Of a stretch of DNA of 64,000 nt, positions 10,051-20,089 are shown one piece after another. Under the pieces are notes generated by a model, which was not told the origin of the DNA, did not search any database, and worked only from the letters and a program-made list of their open reading frames with translations. Location of the stretch: positions 14,510 to 78,509 of the forward strand of contig JBEKMZ010000003.1 of the NCBI GenBank assembly GCA_049523315.1, written 5' to 3'. The first letter of the stretch is position 1. The number at the start of each line of letters is the position of its first letter. The DNA is from Acidimicrobiales bacterium. Lineage in GTDB: Bacteria; Actinomycetota; Acidimicrobiia; Acidimicrobiales; Bog-793. A program made the position numbers and the translations under genes.

Positions 10051-10118
10051 TGGTGGACGGTGCTATCGCCATCGCTCCCCGCTCGCGCAGCGGGCCGCGC
10101 CAATCCGACTGTCGGGTC

Positions 10119-11381
10119 TTAAGGAACCTGGGCCGTCTCGACAAGCCGGCGCCGCAGGCTGTTTAGGGCCGAGATCGTCGCTAGCTGCCGAACGCGTTCC
10201 CGGTCGCCTGGGAGGCGGAACTCGAACGCCTCCGGCTCCGATCCGGGCAACGCCAGGCCGACGACGAGGGTCCCCACTGGCCGGCCCTCCTGCTCTGTTG
10301 GACCGGCAACACCGGTCGTGGCAAGGCCGACGTCGCTCCCTAGGACGCGCCTTGCACCCACGGCCATCGCCGCCGCGGCCTTTGGCGTGACGACCGGCCC
10401 GTCTTCGAGCCCGAGCACGGATCGTTTGACGCCGGCGTCGTAAGCGACGACTGCGCCCCGGAACCAGTCGCTCGCGCCGGGCACGGCGACAAGGCGCGCC
10501 GCCACGAGGCCACCGGTGAGCGACTCGGCGATCCCAAGGCTCAAGTTGCGCTCAACGAGGAGCCACCCGATGACCGACTCCATGGTCTCGTCGTCGAGGC
10601 CGAACACCGCCTCGCCCAGCAAGGCCCGCAGCTCTGTCTCCTCGGCATCTAGAGCCTTTTCAGCCGCCTCGTCATCGGCGGCTTTGACGGTGAGGCGAAC
10701 CTTGATCCCTTCCATGCCGCTCGCCAAAAAGGCGATCGTCGGCACGCCGGGACCTCCGCCTTCGAGCGCTTCGACGCGGGCCGCCACGGTCTCGGCGAGC
10801 CCGGACTCGCTGTAGCCCCAGGTCCTCAGTGTGCGGCTACGGATAACCGCCGCCTGACCCGATCGCCTCCGCAGATCGGGCAGCACGGCGCGCTCCATCA
10901 TGTCGTGCATCTCGTAAGGGACCCCGGGAAGGGCGTACATCACCTTGTCCCCGACCGGGCAGATGAGACCCGGCGCGGTGCCGAGGGTCTGGGGGATCAC
11001 GGTCGCGCCCTCCGGCACATCGGCTTGGCGCTCGTTGTTCGAGGGCATAGTCCGGCTCGGCCCGCGGGGGACAAAGCGCTTCTTGATGACTTCCAAGACG
11101 AAGTTATCGCGACGTAGTGGCACATCCATGACGAGCGCGATCGCCTCCCGGGTGAGGTCGTCCTGAGTCGGTCCGAGGCCGCCACAGATGATCACAGCTT
11201 CGTTGCGTTCGAGCGCCGCCCGGAACGCTGAGACCATCCGGGCGATGTTGTCGCCCACTCTCGTCTGGAAGTTGCAGTCGATCCCTGACAGGGCGAGCTG
11301 CTCGCCGATCCAGGCTGAGTTGGTGTCGACGACCTGGCCGAGCAGGAGCTCGGTCCCGACTGCTACGACCTCGGCTCGCAT
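10119..11381 (-). CDS. cinA: CinA family protein (competence/damage-inducible; MoCF-biosynthesis-like plus PncC-type NMN deamidase domains)
   Basis: MRAEVVAVGTELLLGQVVDTNSAWIGEQLA... N-terminal domain and C-terminal CinA domain. Conserved position upstream of recA. Confidence 0.9.
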   Translation of the reverse strand: MRAEVVAVGTELLLGQVVDTNSAWIGEQLALSGIDCNFQTRVGDNIARMVSAFRAALERNEAVIICGGLGPTQDDLTREAIALVMDVPLRRDNFVLEVIKKRFVPRGPSRTMPSNNERQADVPEGATVIPQTLGTAPGLICPVGDKVMYALPGVPYEMHDMMERAVLPDLRRRSGQAAVIRSRTLRTWGYSESGLAETVAARVEALEGGGPGVPTIAFLASGMEGIKVRLTVKAADDEAAEKALDAEETELRALLGEAVFGLDDETMESVIGWLLVERNLSLGIAESLTGGLVAARLVAVPGASDWFRGAVVAYDAGVKRSVLGLEDGPVVTPKAAAAMAVGARRVLGSDVGLATTGVAGPTEQEGRPVGTLVVGLALPGSEPEAFEFRLPGDRERVRQLATISALNSLRRRLVETAQVP

Positions 11382-11402
11382 CTGCTGTTGTCCGGCGACT
11401 GG

Positions 11403-12008
11403 TCAGGCGGCGCGGTGGCCGAGGTCTTTGGGCGATGAAGTCTGGGCTCCCGCGAGCAGCCGGCGCGAGTCACGCAGGTACTCGACCCCTGTCCAAAGTG
11501 TGATCAGGACGACCAACCAGAGCGCCCAACGGACGACACCCGCGTGATGGAGCCCGACAGGTGGCAAGAAGGCGAGCCCGATCACCACGTCTTGCAGCAG
11601 GGTCTTGGCCTTGGCCGAGTTCCGGGCGGGGACCGACACCCCGCGCCGGCCGGCATAGCCGCGGAACACGCTCATCGAGACTTCGCGGGCCCCGATTAGG
11701 ACCACCGGCAACCAACCCACCTCTCCTATCCCCGCCAGCGACGCCAGCACCCCGAGTACGACGAACTTGTCGGCGAGAGGGTCGAGGAATGCCCCCGAGC
11801 GCGTGGTGCCGTAGCGCCTCGCGATGACGCCGTCGAAGAAGTCCGAAGACGAGCAGATGAACCAGAGGCCCACGAGGAGCCAGCTCGAAGGCCCGGTTGT
11901 GATGACGAGCGCCACCATGACGGGCGTGGCGAGCAGCCTCGCCAGGGTAAGGGCATTCGCCGGCGTCAAGATGGCCGATGGCCCAAAGATCGTCTCCCGG
12001 CTGCTCAC
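11403..12008 (-). CDS. pgsA: CDP-diacylglycerol--glycerol-3-phosphate 3-phosphatidyltransferase
   Basis: CDP-alcohol phosphatidyltransferase motif DFFDGVIARR...GAFLDPLADK on a multi-TM protein. Confidence 0.9.
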   Translation of the reverse strand: MSSRETIFGPSAILTPANALTLARLLATPVMVALVITTGPSSWLLVGLWFICSSSDFFDGVIARRYGTTRSGAFLDPLADKFVVLGVLASLAGIGEVGWLPVVLIGAREVSMSVFRGYAGRRGVSVPARNSAKAKTLLQDVVIGLAFLPPVGLHHAGVVRWALWLVVLITLWTGVEYLRDSRRLLAGAQTSSPKDLGHRAA

Positions 12009-13327
12009 AGCGCCACCCCGGCTACGAGCTTGGAGGCCGGGACCGCCTCAAGGTCTGGGCCGCGCGCCCCGACGAAGCGGACCGAGCCGAGCCAACCTTG
12101 CGGGAGCGAGCGCGGTACGCGTACGACGCCGTCGATCTCCGGCGCCTCCCGGTACGACCGGGCTTGCCCGGGACGATCGACGAGCACCTCGCATGTCGTC
12201 CCGACGAGCTGCCGGCGTCGGCGGGCGGTTATCGAATCTTGCAGCTCTGAGCACTCCCGGAGCCGCTCGACGGCAAGGGTCGACGGGACCTGCTCGCCGA
12301 GGCCGGCGGCCAGGGTGCCCTCCTCGGGCGAGAACTTGAAAAAGCCCACCCAGTCGAGCTCGGCCTCCTCGAGGAACCTCAGCAGCTCGTCGTGGTCCTC
12401 CTCGCTTTCGCCGGGATAGCCGAGGATGAATGAGGACCGGAGCGCGGCCGCGGGCTCGAGACGCCGGATCGCTCCGATCCGTTCCAGGAACCGGGCGCCG
12501 TCGCCCCAGCGACGCATCCTTCTCAGCAAGGGACCCGAGGCGTGCTGCAAAGAGAGGTCGAAGTAGGCGATGCCCGTGGCGACGATGGTCTCGACGAGGC
12601 GGTCGCTGAGCGAGGAAGGGTAGAGATAAAGCAAGCGGAGACGCTCGACATGCGTCGTGGCGGCCTCGATGAGCTCGACGATGCCAGGGCTCTCGCCCCG
12701 GCGGTCGTCGGTACTTCTGTCGTGGCCGTAGGAGGCCAGGTCCTGGGCGATGAGAACGATCTCGCGTGCGCGCAGCCCGTCGATCTCTCGAAGGATCGAG
12801 ACAAGTGGCCTGGAGCGCTGCCTGCCCCGAAACGACGGGATCGCGCAGAAGCCGCACCTCCGGTCACAGCCCTCAGCCACCTTGACATAAGCCCATGGTG
12901 AGCCCGAGACGGACCTCGGCAACTCCAGGAGGTCGAAGCTCTGCGCCGAGGTGTCAAACCTCTCCATGGCATCGCCGGCCCGAACTACGCGTCTCGAGGT
13001 CTTCATCTCGACCGGGACGCCGAAGCCGGCGACGAGATCGATCTCGCCGAGGGCCGCCGCGAGGTCCTCACCGGAGCGCTCGGCGAGGCATCCAGTGACC
13101 ACGAGGCGGGATCCGGCCTTGCGCAGGCTGTCGAGCTCGAGGATGGTCTCGATCGACTCCTCGCGGGCCGCGTCGATGAATGCGCACGTGTTCACGACGA
13201 CGAGATCGGCATCACCCGGGCCGGTTGCGGGCTCGTACCCCCCCGCGGTCAAGCGACCGACGAGCTTGTCCGAGTCGACCTCGTTCTTCGGGCAACCGAG
13301 CGTGGTGATCCAGTAGCGCTCGTCCAC
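12005..13327 (-). CDS. rimO: Ribosomal protein S12 methylthiotransferase RimO
   Basis: UPF0004 N-terminal domain (ITTLGCPKNEVDS), radical SAM CDRRCGFCAIP, and a C-terminal TRAM domain. 4-nt overlap with pgsA. Confidence 0.9.
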   Translation of the reverse strand: MDERYWITTLGCPKNEVDSDKLVGRLTAGGYEPATGPGDADLVVVNTCAFIDAAREESIETILELDSLRKAGSRLVVTGCLAERSGEDLAAALGEIDLVAGFGVPVEMKTSRRVVRAGDAMERFDTSAQSFDLLELPRSVSGSPWAYVKVAEGCDRRCGFCAIPSFRGRQRSRPLVSILREIDGLRAREIVLIAQDLASYGHDRSTDDRRGESPGIVELIEAATTHVERLRLLYLYPSSLSDRLVETIVATGIAYFDLSLQHASGPLLRRMRRWGDGARFLERIGAIRRLEPAAALRSSFILGYPGESEEDHDELLRFLEEAELDWVGFFKFSPEEGTLAAGLGEQVPSTLAVERLRECSELQDSITARRRRQLVGTTCEVLVDRPGQARSYREAPEIDGVVRVPRSLPQGWLGSVRFVGARGPDLEAVPASKLVAGVAL

Positions 13328-13371
13328 CGTCGAAGCGTACCCAATGCGAGAGGACGAACCGCCGGCACGAC

Positions 13372-14181
13372 TCAGAGCCGGTCGAGAAGCTCCCGGCGCT
13401 TGTGCTCGTACTCGGCATCGGTGATGACACCATGGGCGTGCAGATCGGCGAGCTCGGTCATCTGCTGCGCGATCGTCGGGCCGACAGGCGCAGGGGCCGT
13501 GGGGTGAGCCGGCGCGGATGGGTAACCCGGTGTCGATTCAGCGGCCTGGTAGGGAGGCGGCGCGGCTTGGTATGGCGCCGGCGCGGCCTGTGTCGTCGAC
13601 GGGGCTACGGTGCGCGGCGTCGGGTCCGTCGTCGGCTCGGAGAGGTGTTCCTTCCTTGGTTCCGGTATGCCTGCCACCGGCGCTTGGTTGACCACGTACC
13701 CAGAGGCTGCCTGGGCCACGACGCGGTTGATGAGTGACTGCACCTCGGCGGGTCTGCTGATGTCGGGAAACGGGTCCTGCCCGTGACGCCCGGCGGATTC
13801 AACAGTCAGACTGCCTGCCCTCACGAGCCGCTCCACGACGGTCTGGTGGTAGGTCACGTCCTGTACCCGGCCGATCGGTATCTCGCGTCCCGTCCGGCGC
13901 AAAACTCCGGTCCGGTACACGATCCTCTGGGAGGTGACGACGAAAGAGGTCGTGCGCCAGGCCACATAGCGCAGGCCCAAGTACACGAGCGCCGCCAAGC
14001 CGCACCCGAGCAGGACCCAGGCCATGTATGTCGGTGCGCTCGACCACATCACGGCGACCGCGACGCATCCGCCGATGATGAGCAAGGTCAGCACACTCGG
14101 CCAGAACAGGAGCGACCAGTTCGGGAGCGAGTCGAGGTAGACCTCCTCGCCTGGAGCGAGCAACTTCGTCGGGAAGCTCAT
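13372..14181 (-). CDS. Membrane PH-domain (bPH_2/YdbS-like) protein with Pro/Ala-rich linker and C-terminal SHOCT domain
   Basis: ATG at 14181, then two TM helices. A bPH_2-like region follows (SQRIVYRTGVLRRTGREIPIGRVQDV), then a PAP/YQAA repeat linker. The C-terminus ends in LADLHAHGVITDAEYEHKRRELL (SHOCT). The upstream 117 aa of the ORF are Arg/Ser-rich noise. Confidence 0.7.
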   Translation of the reverse strand: MSFPTKLLAPGEEVYLDSLPNWSLLFWPSVLTLLIIGGCVAVAVMWSSAPTYMAWVLLGCGLAALVYLGLRYVAWRTTSFVVTSQRIVYRTGVLRRTGREIPIGRVQDVTYHQTVVERLVRAGSLTVESAGRHGQDPFPDISRPAEVQSLINRVVAQAASGYVVNQAPVAGIPEPRKEHLSEPTTDPTPRTVAPSTTQAAPAPYQAAPPPYQAAESTPGYPSAPAHPTAPAPVGPTIAQQMTELADLHAHGVITDAEYEHKRRELLDRL

Positions 14182-14209
14182 GGGGCCTTGCCTCGCACCT
14201 CCTCCCGGT

Positions 14210-15412
14210 TCATCCGAGCTTGCTCGCGATGGGGCCCGCGATCCTGAGCACCGAGCCGTCCGAGCCAGCCGAGGAGTACGCGGCTGCGGGCCGTGCGGCT
14301 GCCTCTGTGAGCAACTCGAGCAGAAGTGTCGTGAGCGGCAGGCGCGGGTCGATCCACAGGTAATGAGACAGCGAGCCCGGGATCGTATTGATCTCGTTGA
14401 TGAAAATGTCCTCTCCGTCGGACAGGAAATCCAGCCGCGCCACGCCGCGCAGGCCCACGAGCAAAGCGACATCGCGCGCCAGCTTGCGGATCTGCCCCTC
14501 GAGGCCGGAGTCGATCTTGGCGGGCAGCTCACGAGGAGCGGAGGTCATCCCTTCGGCACCTACGTACTTGTCCTGGTAGCCAAGGATCTCCGCCCCGGCC
14601 CGGGTCCTAAGCGGCCGCTCGATCGCGGACAGCTGGAGCTCGGGCCAGCTTCGAGCGGCCAGTTGAAGATCGAACATCGACTCGTGATACGGCTCGAGGA
14701 CGGCGCCCCGGCGTAGGTGGGCGTTCGCCTTGAGCCGGGCGCGGGCGGTGGCGAAGTCCGCGACAACGTCAATCCCGATGGAGGAGCCGCCGAAGCGCGG
14801 CTTCAAGATGTACGGAGGCGGAAAGGCCGGTTCTTCGCTGTCGTCGCTCAAGGGGACCCTCGCCAAGACCGGCAGACCCGCGTAGACCACGAGGGCGCCG
14901 AAGGCGAGCTTGTCCATACCAAGGGCAGCCCCGATCGCGGTAGGTCCGCTGTAGCGGATGCCAGTCAGGTCCAGTGCGCCCTGCAAGCTGCCGTCCTCGC
15001 CGGGGCCACCGTGACAGCAGATCAGCACGGCGTCTAGCTCGAGGCGGTCCTCCTTCGCACGCAACCCGCTTCCGGGCCTGACGAAGCCGCCGCCCGGTCC
15101 GCTTATCAGCCGCAGGCGCACCGCGTCCGGAGGGACGCCCTCGAGGAACCCCGCCGCTTCGATCGTCGGGTGAACCTCGAACCAGTCACCAGACTTGGAC
15201 CAGTACAAGGAGCGCACACGGGCGATTCCCGGCGCCCCACCTAGAGCGTGCACGGCCTGAAGACCGGTGAGGATCGAGACGTCGTGCTCGGGGGACGGTC
15301 CGCCGTATATCACCCCGACACGAGCGGGGAGGCCCCCCTCGCGCGGGCCGGGCGGCAAATTCGCACCGAGCGCTCCTCGGTCGTCGATACGCCGTTTCGC
15401 GCTCTTGCTCAT
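14210..15412 (-). CDS. ddl: D-alanine--D-alanine ligase family ATP-grasp enzyme
   Basis: VGVIYGGPSPEHDVSILTG, HGGPGEDGSLQGALD, KPRFGGSSIGI and RLDFL...INEINTIPG. This is the full Ddl motif set. Confidence 0.85.
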   Translation of the reverse strand: MSKSAKRRIDDRGALGANLPPGPREGGLPARVGVIYGGPSPEHDVSILTGLQAVHALGGAPGIARVRSLYWSKSGDWFEVHPTIEAAGFLEGVPPDAVRLRLISGPGGGFVRPGSGLRAKEDRLELDAVLICCHGGPGEDGSLQGALDLTGIRYSGPTAIGAALGMDKLAFGALVVYAGLPVLARVPLSDDSEEPAFPPPYILKPRFGGSSIGIDVVADFATARARLKANAHLRRGAVLEPYHESMFDLQLAARSWPELQLSAIERPLRTRAGAEILGYQDKYVGAEGMTSAPRELPAKIDSGLEGQIRKLARDVALLVGLRGVARLDFLSDGEDIFINEINTIPGSLSHYLWIDPRLPLTTLLLELLTEAAARPAAAYSSAGSDGSVLRIAGPIASKLG

Positions 15413-15507
15413 CGAGTGGTCACTCTACGGCCTTAGTGCGCCAGCGGCCATGACCCGCCTGCTCGGATCTCGAGCGACACGGTCGTGTCATGCGCTGAGC
15501 CACAGGA

Positions 15508-17058
15508 TCAGGGGAAGTGGTCGGGGAGGTCGTTCTCGAACAGCACGGCATCATCGGCTCCGAGCTCTGCTCGCGCCCAGTCCACTGCTTGTTTACGCCT
15601 GGCGACCAGCTTCATCGGCGGTGGGTCCGCCACGCGCCGGCACCCTTGCAGGAGCGCTGCCCGGTTCGTCCGCCCGACGATGACGACATCGGTCGCGATC
15701 CGCGCGGCTGTTTCGGCGAAGGCGGCATTCTCCTCGTGCTGGGCCCTGCCGAGCTCCACGATCCCGGGCGTTACGAGCATCCGCCGCCCCGAGCGAGCCG
15801 CGGACCCGAGCACCTCGAGTGCGTGACGGGCCCCGGCCGGGTTGGCGTTGAAGGTGTCGTCGAGGACGAGGTAGCCGCCCTCGGCGTAGTAGCGCTGCAA
15901 GCGATTGGGCACTCCAGGCAAGGAGCCGAGGCGGGCCAGCACCGCCTCGGGCGAGATGCCGAGCTCGAGTGCCACGGCGGCGGCGCACGCCGCGTTCGTC
16001 CTTATGGGTGTGTGCGACTCAGCCACGAACTCGACGACCCCGTACGCTCTGCCTGAGACGCGCAGCTCGAGCCCTTCAGCGTGTTCCAGCACGGCAACAT
16101 CCGCCGTGGCATCGGTTCCAGATACCCGGAGCACCTTGTGGGTCGCGTCGAGACGCTTCGCCAGGGACTCCAGGCGGGCGTCGTCGACGTTCAAGACCGC
16201 GACACGGGCGCCCGCTGTGATCTCCGCCTTCGCCTCGAGGGTCCGCTCGAGCGTGCCGAATCTCTCAAGGTGGGAGGGCCCGATCGAGGTGATAACCGCA
16301 ACCTCTGGCCGCAACCAGGCGCAAAGTGCTGCTATCTCGCCGCGGCCGTAGGCACCCATCTCGGCGACGAGCACATCGGTGTCGACTGTCAGGTGCTCGT
16401 TCACGGTGCGCGTCAGACCGGCGCGGTTGTTGAAGCTACGCGGGCTCGCCATGACGCTGCGGTCGCCGCTGAGCAGGTAGGCGAGGTAGTTCTTCGTCGT
16501 CGTCTTCCCGTATGACCCGGTGATCCCGACTACGAGAGGCCGGGCTCGGGCGAGCAGGTCTTCTGCCCGGCGCACGTATCGTTGTGCAAGCAGATCCTCC
16601 AGCGGGTGCAGGACGAAGAGAGCCATATCGACGAGCACGGGTGCTGCGAGGGCGACGAAGCCGGCCGCGACCACGGCGCCGGATAGGCCCGAGAAGGCGC
16701 CCGTCAATGCGAGCACCAAAGCTTCCAGGACCGCGCCGAGACCGGCGACAAGTGCCAGTCGGCGCGTCCATCTGAGGCGCGAAGTGCGGCCCCGCAGGCC
16801 GAAGCCGACTGGTCCGCTCGCGATGACGAGAGCAGTGGCGATCGCAACAGCGGGGATGACGGTGGCGACCGCAGCTGCCGCCAGCGCGGCGAGGGCGAGG
16901 AGGGCGTTGAGCACCGTGGAGGACCACCAGCGCCAAGCGAAGCGGCTGGCTGCCCCAGCCAGGTAGTGCTCGCGCTGGGCGACACGCAGCCACCTCAGGT
17001 CGGCGCAGGCAATCGAGATGACGGACACGCCGAGCGCAATGGCGTCGAGCGCGCTCAC
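15508..17058 (-). CDS. Mur ligase family protein (MurF-like) with N-terminal multi-TM domain
   Basis: The first ~170 aa form 4-5 hydrophobic helices. They are followed by the Mur ligase P-loop (VVGITGSYGKTTTKN), central domain and C-terminal domain (DDTFNANPAG). Confidence 0.8.
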   Translation of the reverse strand: MSALDAIALGVSVISIACADLRWLRVAQREHYLAGAASRFAWRWWSSTVLNALLALAALAAAAVATVIPAVAIATALVIASGPVGFGLRGRTSRLRWTRRLALVAGLGAVLEALVLALTGAFSGLSGAVVAAGFVALAAPVLVDMALFVLHPLEDLLAQRYVRRAEDLLARARPLVVGITGSYGKTTTKNYLAYLLSGDRSVMASPRSFNNRAGLTRTVNEHLTVDTDVLVAEMGAYGRGEIAALCAWLRPEVAVITSIGPSHLERFGTLERTLEAKAEITAGARVAVLNVDDARLESLAKRLDATHKVLRVSGTDATADVAVLEHAEGLELRVSGRAYGVVEFVAESHTPIRTNAACAAAVALELGISPEAVLARLGSLPGVPNRLQRYYAEGGYLVLDDTFNANPAGARHALEVLGSAARSGRRMLVTPGIVELGRAQHEENAAFAETAARIATDVVIVGRTNRAALLQGCRRVADPPPMKLVARRKQAVDWARAELGADDAVLFENDLPDHFP

Positions 17059-17092
17059 AGCTCGGGAGCACCCTCGATCGAAGCGGCGAGGA

Positions 17093-17896
17093 TCAAGGGC
17101 GCAGCCGTCCGATCGCGGCCCGCAGCTCGTCTGGGGCCGTGAACGGAGTGAGGTGGCCGGCCCCGCGACACACCACGAGGTGCGCGTCCGGGAGCTCGGT
17201 GACGAGTCGCTCGGCCACAGCGAGCGGAGCGGCGGTGTCGTCGTCGCCCCAGACCAGCTCTACGGGACAGCGCACCGCCGCCAGGACGGCTGTGTAGTCC
17301 TCCGATAGCGCACGCACGAGGATGTCGCGCATTACACCCGAGGCCGCCCGGTAGTCGTCGGACCCGTAACGCTGGCGCAGCGTCTCGATCCTGTCCTTGC
17401 TGACGAGGCCGCGTGCCGCGAGCGCGCGCGCCATCCTGAAGCGGAGCGGGGCCTTGGGCGGTGCCCCGGGGGCGCAGTGCAGCGGTGCCCCGCTCAACAC
17501 CAGGCCCGCAACCTGCTCTGGCTGGCCGGCGGCCAGCTGCACTGCGACGCGGCCCCCGAAAGAGTGGCCGATCACGACCACCCGCTGCCCCATCTCGTCC
17601 AGCACCGGGGCTACGGCCTCGGCATAGTCCAGTGAGCCCCAAGCCGCGCCCGGCGGCGGCGCACTTCCGAAACCGGGCAGGTCGAGCGCCACCGCGTCGA
17701 TCCCTCCAGCGGCGAAGACGCCTTCGAAGTCCTTGTGGTCGCGCCGCCACCCGTGCAGGGCGAGAACCCATGGTGTGCCCGTGCCGAAGCGCTGCCCGAA
17801 AAGGCGCGAGCCTGCGAAGGAGGTGAGCATCTCAAGAAAGCTAATGGTTTGCGGGTCAACTCCGTCGTCGGCGAGGCTGTGGCCCGAAGCCGCCAT
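17093..17896 (-). CDS. Alpha/beta hydrolase
   Basis: HGW oxyanion region, nucleophile elbow GHSFGG, and C-terminal G-A-G-H. Confidence 0.8.
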   Translation of the reverse strand: MAASGHSLADDGVDPQTISFLEMLTSFAGSRLFGQRFGTGTPWVLALHGWRRDHKDFEGVFAAGGIDAVALDLPGFGSAPPPGAAWGSLDYAEAVAPVLDEMGQRVVVIGHSFGGRVAVQLAAGQPEQVAGLVLSGAPLHCAPGAPPKAPLRFRMARALAARGLVSKDRIETLRQRYGSDDYRAASGVMRDILVRALSEDYTAVLAAVRCPVELVWGDDDTAAPLAVAERLVTELPDAHLVVCRGAGHLTPFTAPDELRAAIGRLRP

Positions 17897-17954
17897 GGAG
17901 GCTGGCCCGACGCGTCAGCCCGGCGATGAGGCACCGGACCGCTACGGTCTGCTT

Positions 17955-19871
17955 ATGGAGTCCGGGACGACTCGCTCGAATGCCATCGCCGGGCGACTGC
18001 TGGCCGGGTGCGACCCAGAGCAACGCGAGGCGATCACCACCGATGCGCGGCCGTTGTGCGTCTTGGCGGCTGCAGGCTCGGGCAAGACCCGTGTCCTCAC
18101 CCGCCGCATCGCATGGCGTGTGAACGGGGGCACTGCCTCTGCCCGGTACGTTCTCGCGCTCACCTTCACCCGCAAGGCCGCCTCTGAGCTGCGGGGTCGA
18201 CTCTCAGGCCTCGGCCTTGTAGAGCCCGCCACCGCCGGGACATTCCACGCGGTCGCACTTGGAGAGCTCCGGCGCCTCGCCTCTGAAAGAGGACGACCAG
18301 CTCCGGTGGTCCTCGCCTCCAAGGCCCGGCTTCTCGCCGCGGCGGCCGGCCATGAAATCCGACACGACCGGGCCGTGCTCTCTGAGGTCGCCTCAGAGAT
18401 CGAGTGGGCCCAGGCGCAATGTCTCGTCCCCCGTGAGTACCAGCGCGCGATCGACGCCTGTGGGCGGCCGAGCCCCACGGATCCCGCGATCGTCACAGAG
18501 CTCTGGAGGCGCTACGAGCGCGAGAAGCAGCGTCGTGGGGTACTGGACTTTGACGACCTCCTCCTGCGCTGTGCGAGCGAGCTCGAGAACGACCCGGAGT
18601 TTGCCGCCTCCGCACGATGGCGCTTCCGCCATGTCTTCGTCGACGAGTACCAAGACGTGAATCCGGCCCAGGTCAGGCTGCTTGAGGCATGGCTCGGGGG
18701 GAATGACGATCTCTGCGTGGTCGGCGACCCTGACCAGGCAATATACGCCTGGAACGGGAGCGATCCCCGTGCCCTCCTCGACTTCCCCGCACGCCATCGA
18801 GGCTCGCGCGTGGTGCGCCTGACAACGAACTACCGCTCGACAGACGCCGTCTTGGCTGTCGCATCATCGGTCTTGAGAGTCGGGGCGAATCCAGGCGGCG
18901 ACCGCGTAGGGGGCGTGGGGCCGCGCGGGCTCGGCGACGGCCCCGAGATGTTGGCCGTCTCGGGCTGCGGACGCCCGAGCACGAGGACACAGCCGATCGT
19001 CGCATACGAGACCGACACCGACGAGGCGTTCGGCGTCGTGAGCGCACTTAGGCACGCCCGCAGCCCCGGCATGACTTGGTCCAGCATTGCCGTCCTCGCG
19101 CGCACGAACGCCCAGCTGCTCCTCTTCGAGCGCGAGCTTGAAGCAGCCGGCGTCCCCTTCCGCAGCGGAGGCGGGCGCGCCTTTCTGGCCCGCCCCACGG
19201 TTCGGCGAGCCTTGGACCGCCTCACGAGCGGTACCAACGGGTCCGGGTTCCGTGCCTGGCTCGAGGATCTGATCGCGTCGGCACCCGGCCCCGTCGACGA
19301 CGGTACCGACGACGAGAGTGAGCTCCCCGAGGCCGCCGCCGGCGACATCGCCCTGAGCACTCCGCGCGGCGACGAAGATCTCGACGAGCTCGGGAATCTT
19401 GCCTTGGAGTACCTGCGCTATGACTCGAGCCCGACCGGAGACGGGTTCGTCTCGTGGCTGGAAGCGAGTCTGCGCTCCGATCCCCCCCGCCAGGCAGGCG
19501 ATGCCGTCGACCTCATGACCTTTCACCGCGCGAAGGGGCTCGAGTGGCGGACGGTTTTCGTGACCGGGCTCGAGGAGGGCCTAGTCCCCATAGCCCACGC
19601 GCGCGGTGCCGAGGCCATCTCCGAGGAGCGGAGGCTTCTTTACGTCGCCTGCACCCGAGCGATGGACGACCTGCGTTGCTCGTGGGCTCGTGAGCGCTCG
19701 TTCGGCGGGCGTCTGTCGGCTCGCAAGCCGTCACCGTACTTGGCTGCGATCGAAGCCACTCACCGAGAGCTTGCCCGCTTAGGCGAGCTCACGCCTGAGC
19801 GCTCGCGGGCCTCTAAGGAGCATGTGCGGGCCATCCTCGCCGGGCGGGAACCGGTGAGGCGCGACCCGTGA
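17955..19871 (+). CDS. UvrD/Rep/PcrA-type ATP-dependent DNA helicase
   Basis: Walker A AAAGSGKT, motif II VFVDEYQDVNP, TNYRS, and C-terminal TFHRAKGLEW...LLYVACTRA. I chose the ATG at 17955 to avoid overlapping the divergent hydrolase gene. Confidence 0.85.
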   Translation: MESGTTRSNAIAGRLLAGCDPEQREAITTDARPLCVLAAAGSGKTRVLTRRIAWRVNGGTASARYVLALTFTRKAASELRGRLSGLGLVEPATAGTFHAVALGELRRLASERGRPAPVVLASKARLLAAAAGHEIRHDRAVLSEVASEIEWAQAQCLVPREYQRAIDACGRPSPTDPAIVTELWRRYEREKQRRGVLDFDDLLLRCASELENDPEFAASARWRFRHVFVDEYQDVNPAQVRLLEAWLGGNDDLCVVGDPDQAIYAWNGSDPRALLDFPARHRGSRVVRLTTNYRSTDAVLAVASSVLRVGANPGGDRVGGVGPRGLGDGPEMLAVSGCGRPSTRTQPIVAYETDTDEAFGVVSALRHARSPGMTWSSIAVLARTNAQLLLFERELEAAGVPFRSGGGRAFLARPTVRRALDRLTSGTNGSGFRAWLEDLIASAPGPVDDGTDDESELPEAAAGDIALSTPRGDEDLDELGNLALEYLRYDSSPTGDGFVSWLEASLRSDPPRQAGDAVDLMTFHRAKGLEWRTVFVTGLEEGLVPIAHARGAEAISEERRLLYVACTRAMDDLRCSWARERSFGGRLSARKPSPYLAAIEATHRELARLGELTPERSRASKEHVRAILAGREPVRRDP

Positions 19872-20089
19872 GCCCAAGGCGCACGGCCAGCTACACCTTG
19901 TCGCGCCGATCGTGCCCTAAGAAGGCTCGTCCGAGTAGCATTGCGGGCGGACTAGGATTTTTGGTCCAACAGGGTCATGCCGCCACGGTGGCCACAGATC
20001 TAGCAACAGAATGGCGCTAATGGGCTTTTCCGTGAATCAACAAGACGCCGGGCGATTGCGTCGCAGTTGGCCTGGGAGGAGGGTGGCTG

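Noticed and set aside
8799-10103. The 434-aa version of recA and other over-long ORFs: 13372..14532, 40022..41476, 42411..42896, 54649..55404 and 1786..2766.
   Set aside because: The N-terminal extensions have noise-like composition and overlap neighbouring genes or a tRNA. Internal ATG/GTG codons give products of canonical length with SD or stop-start coupling.
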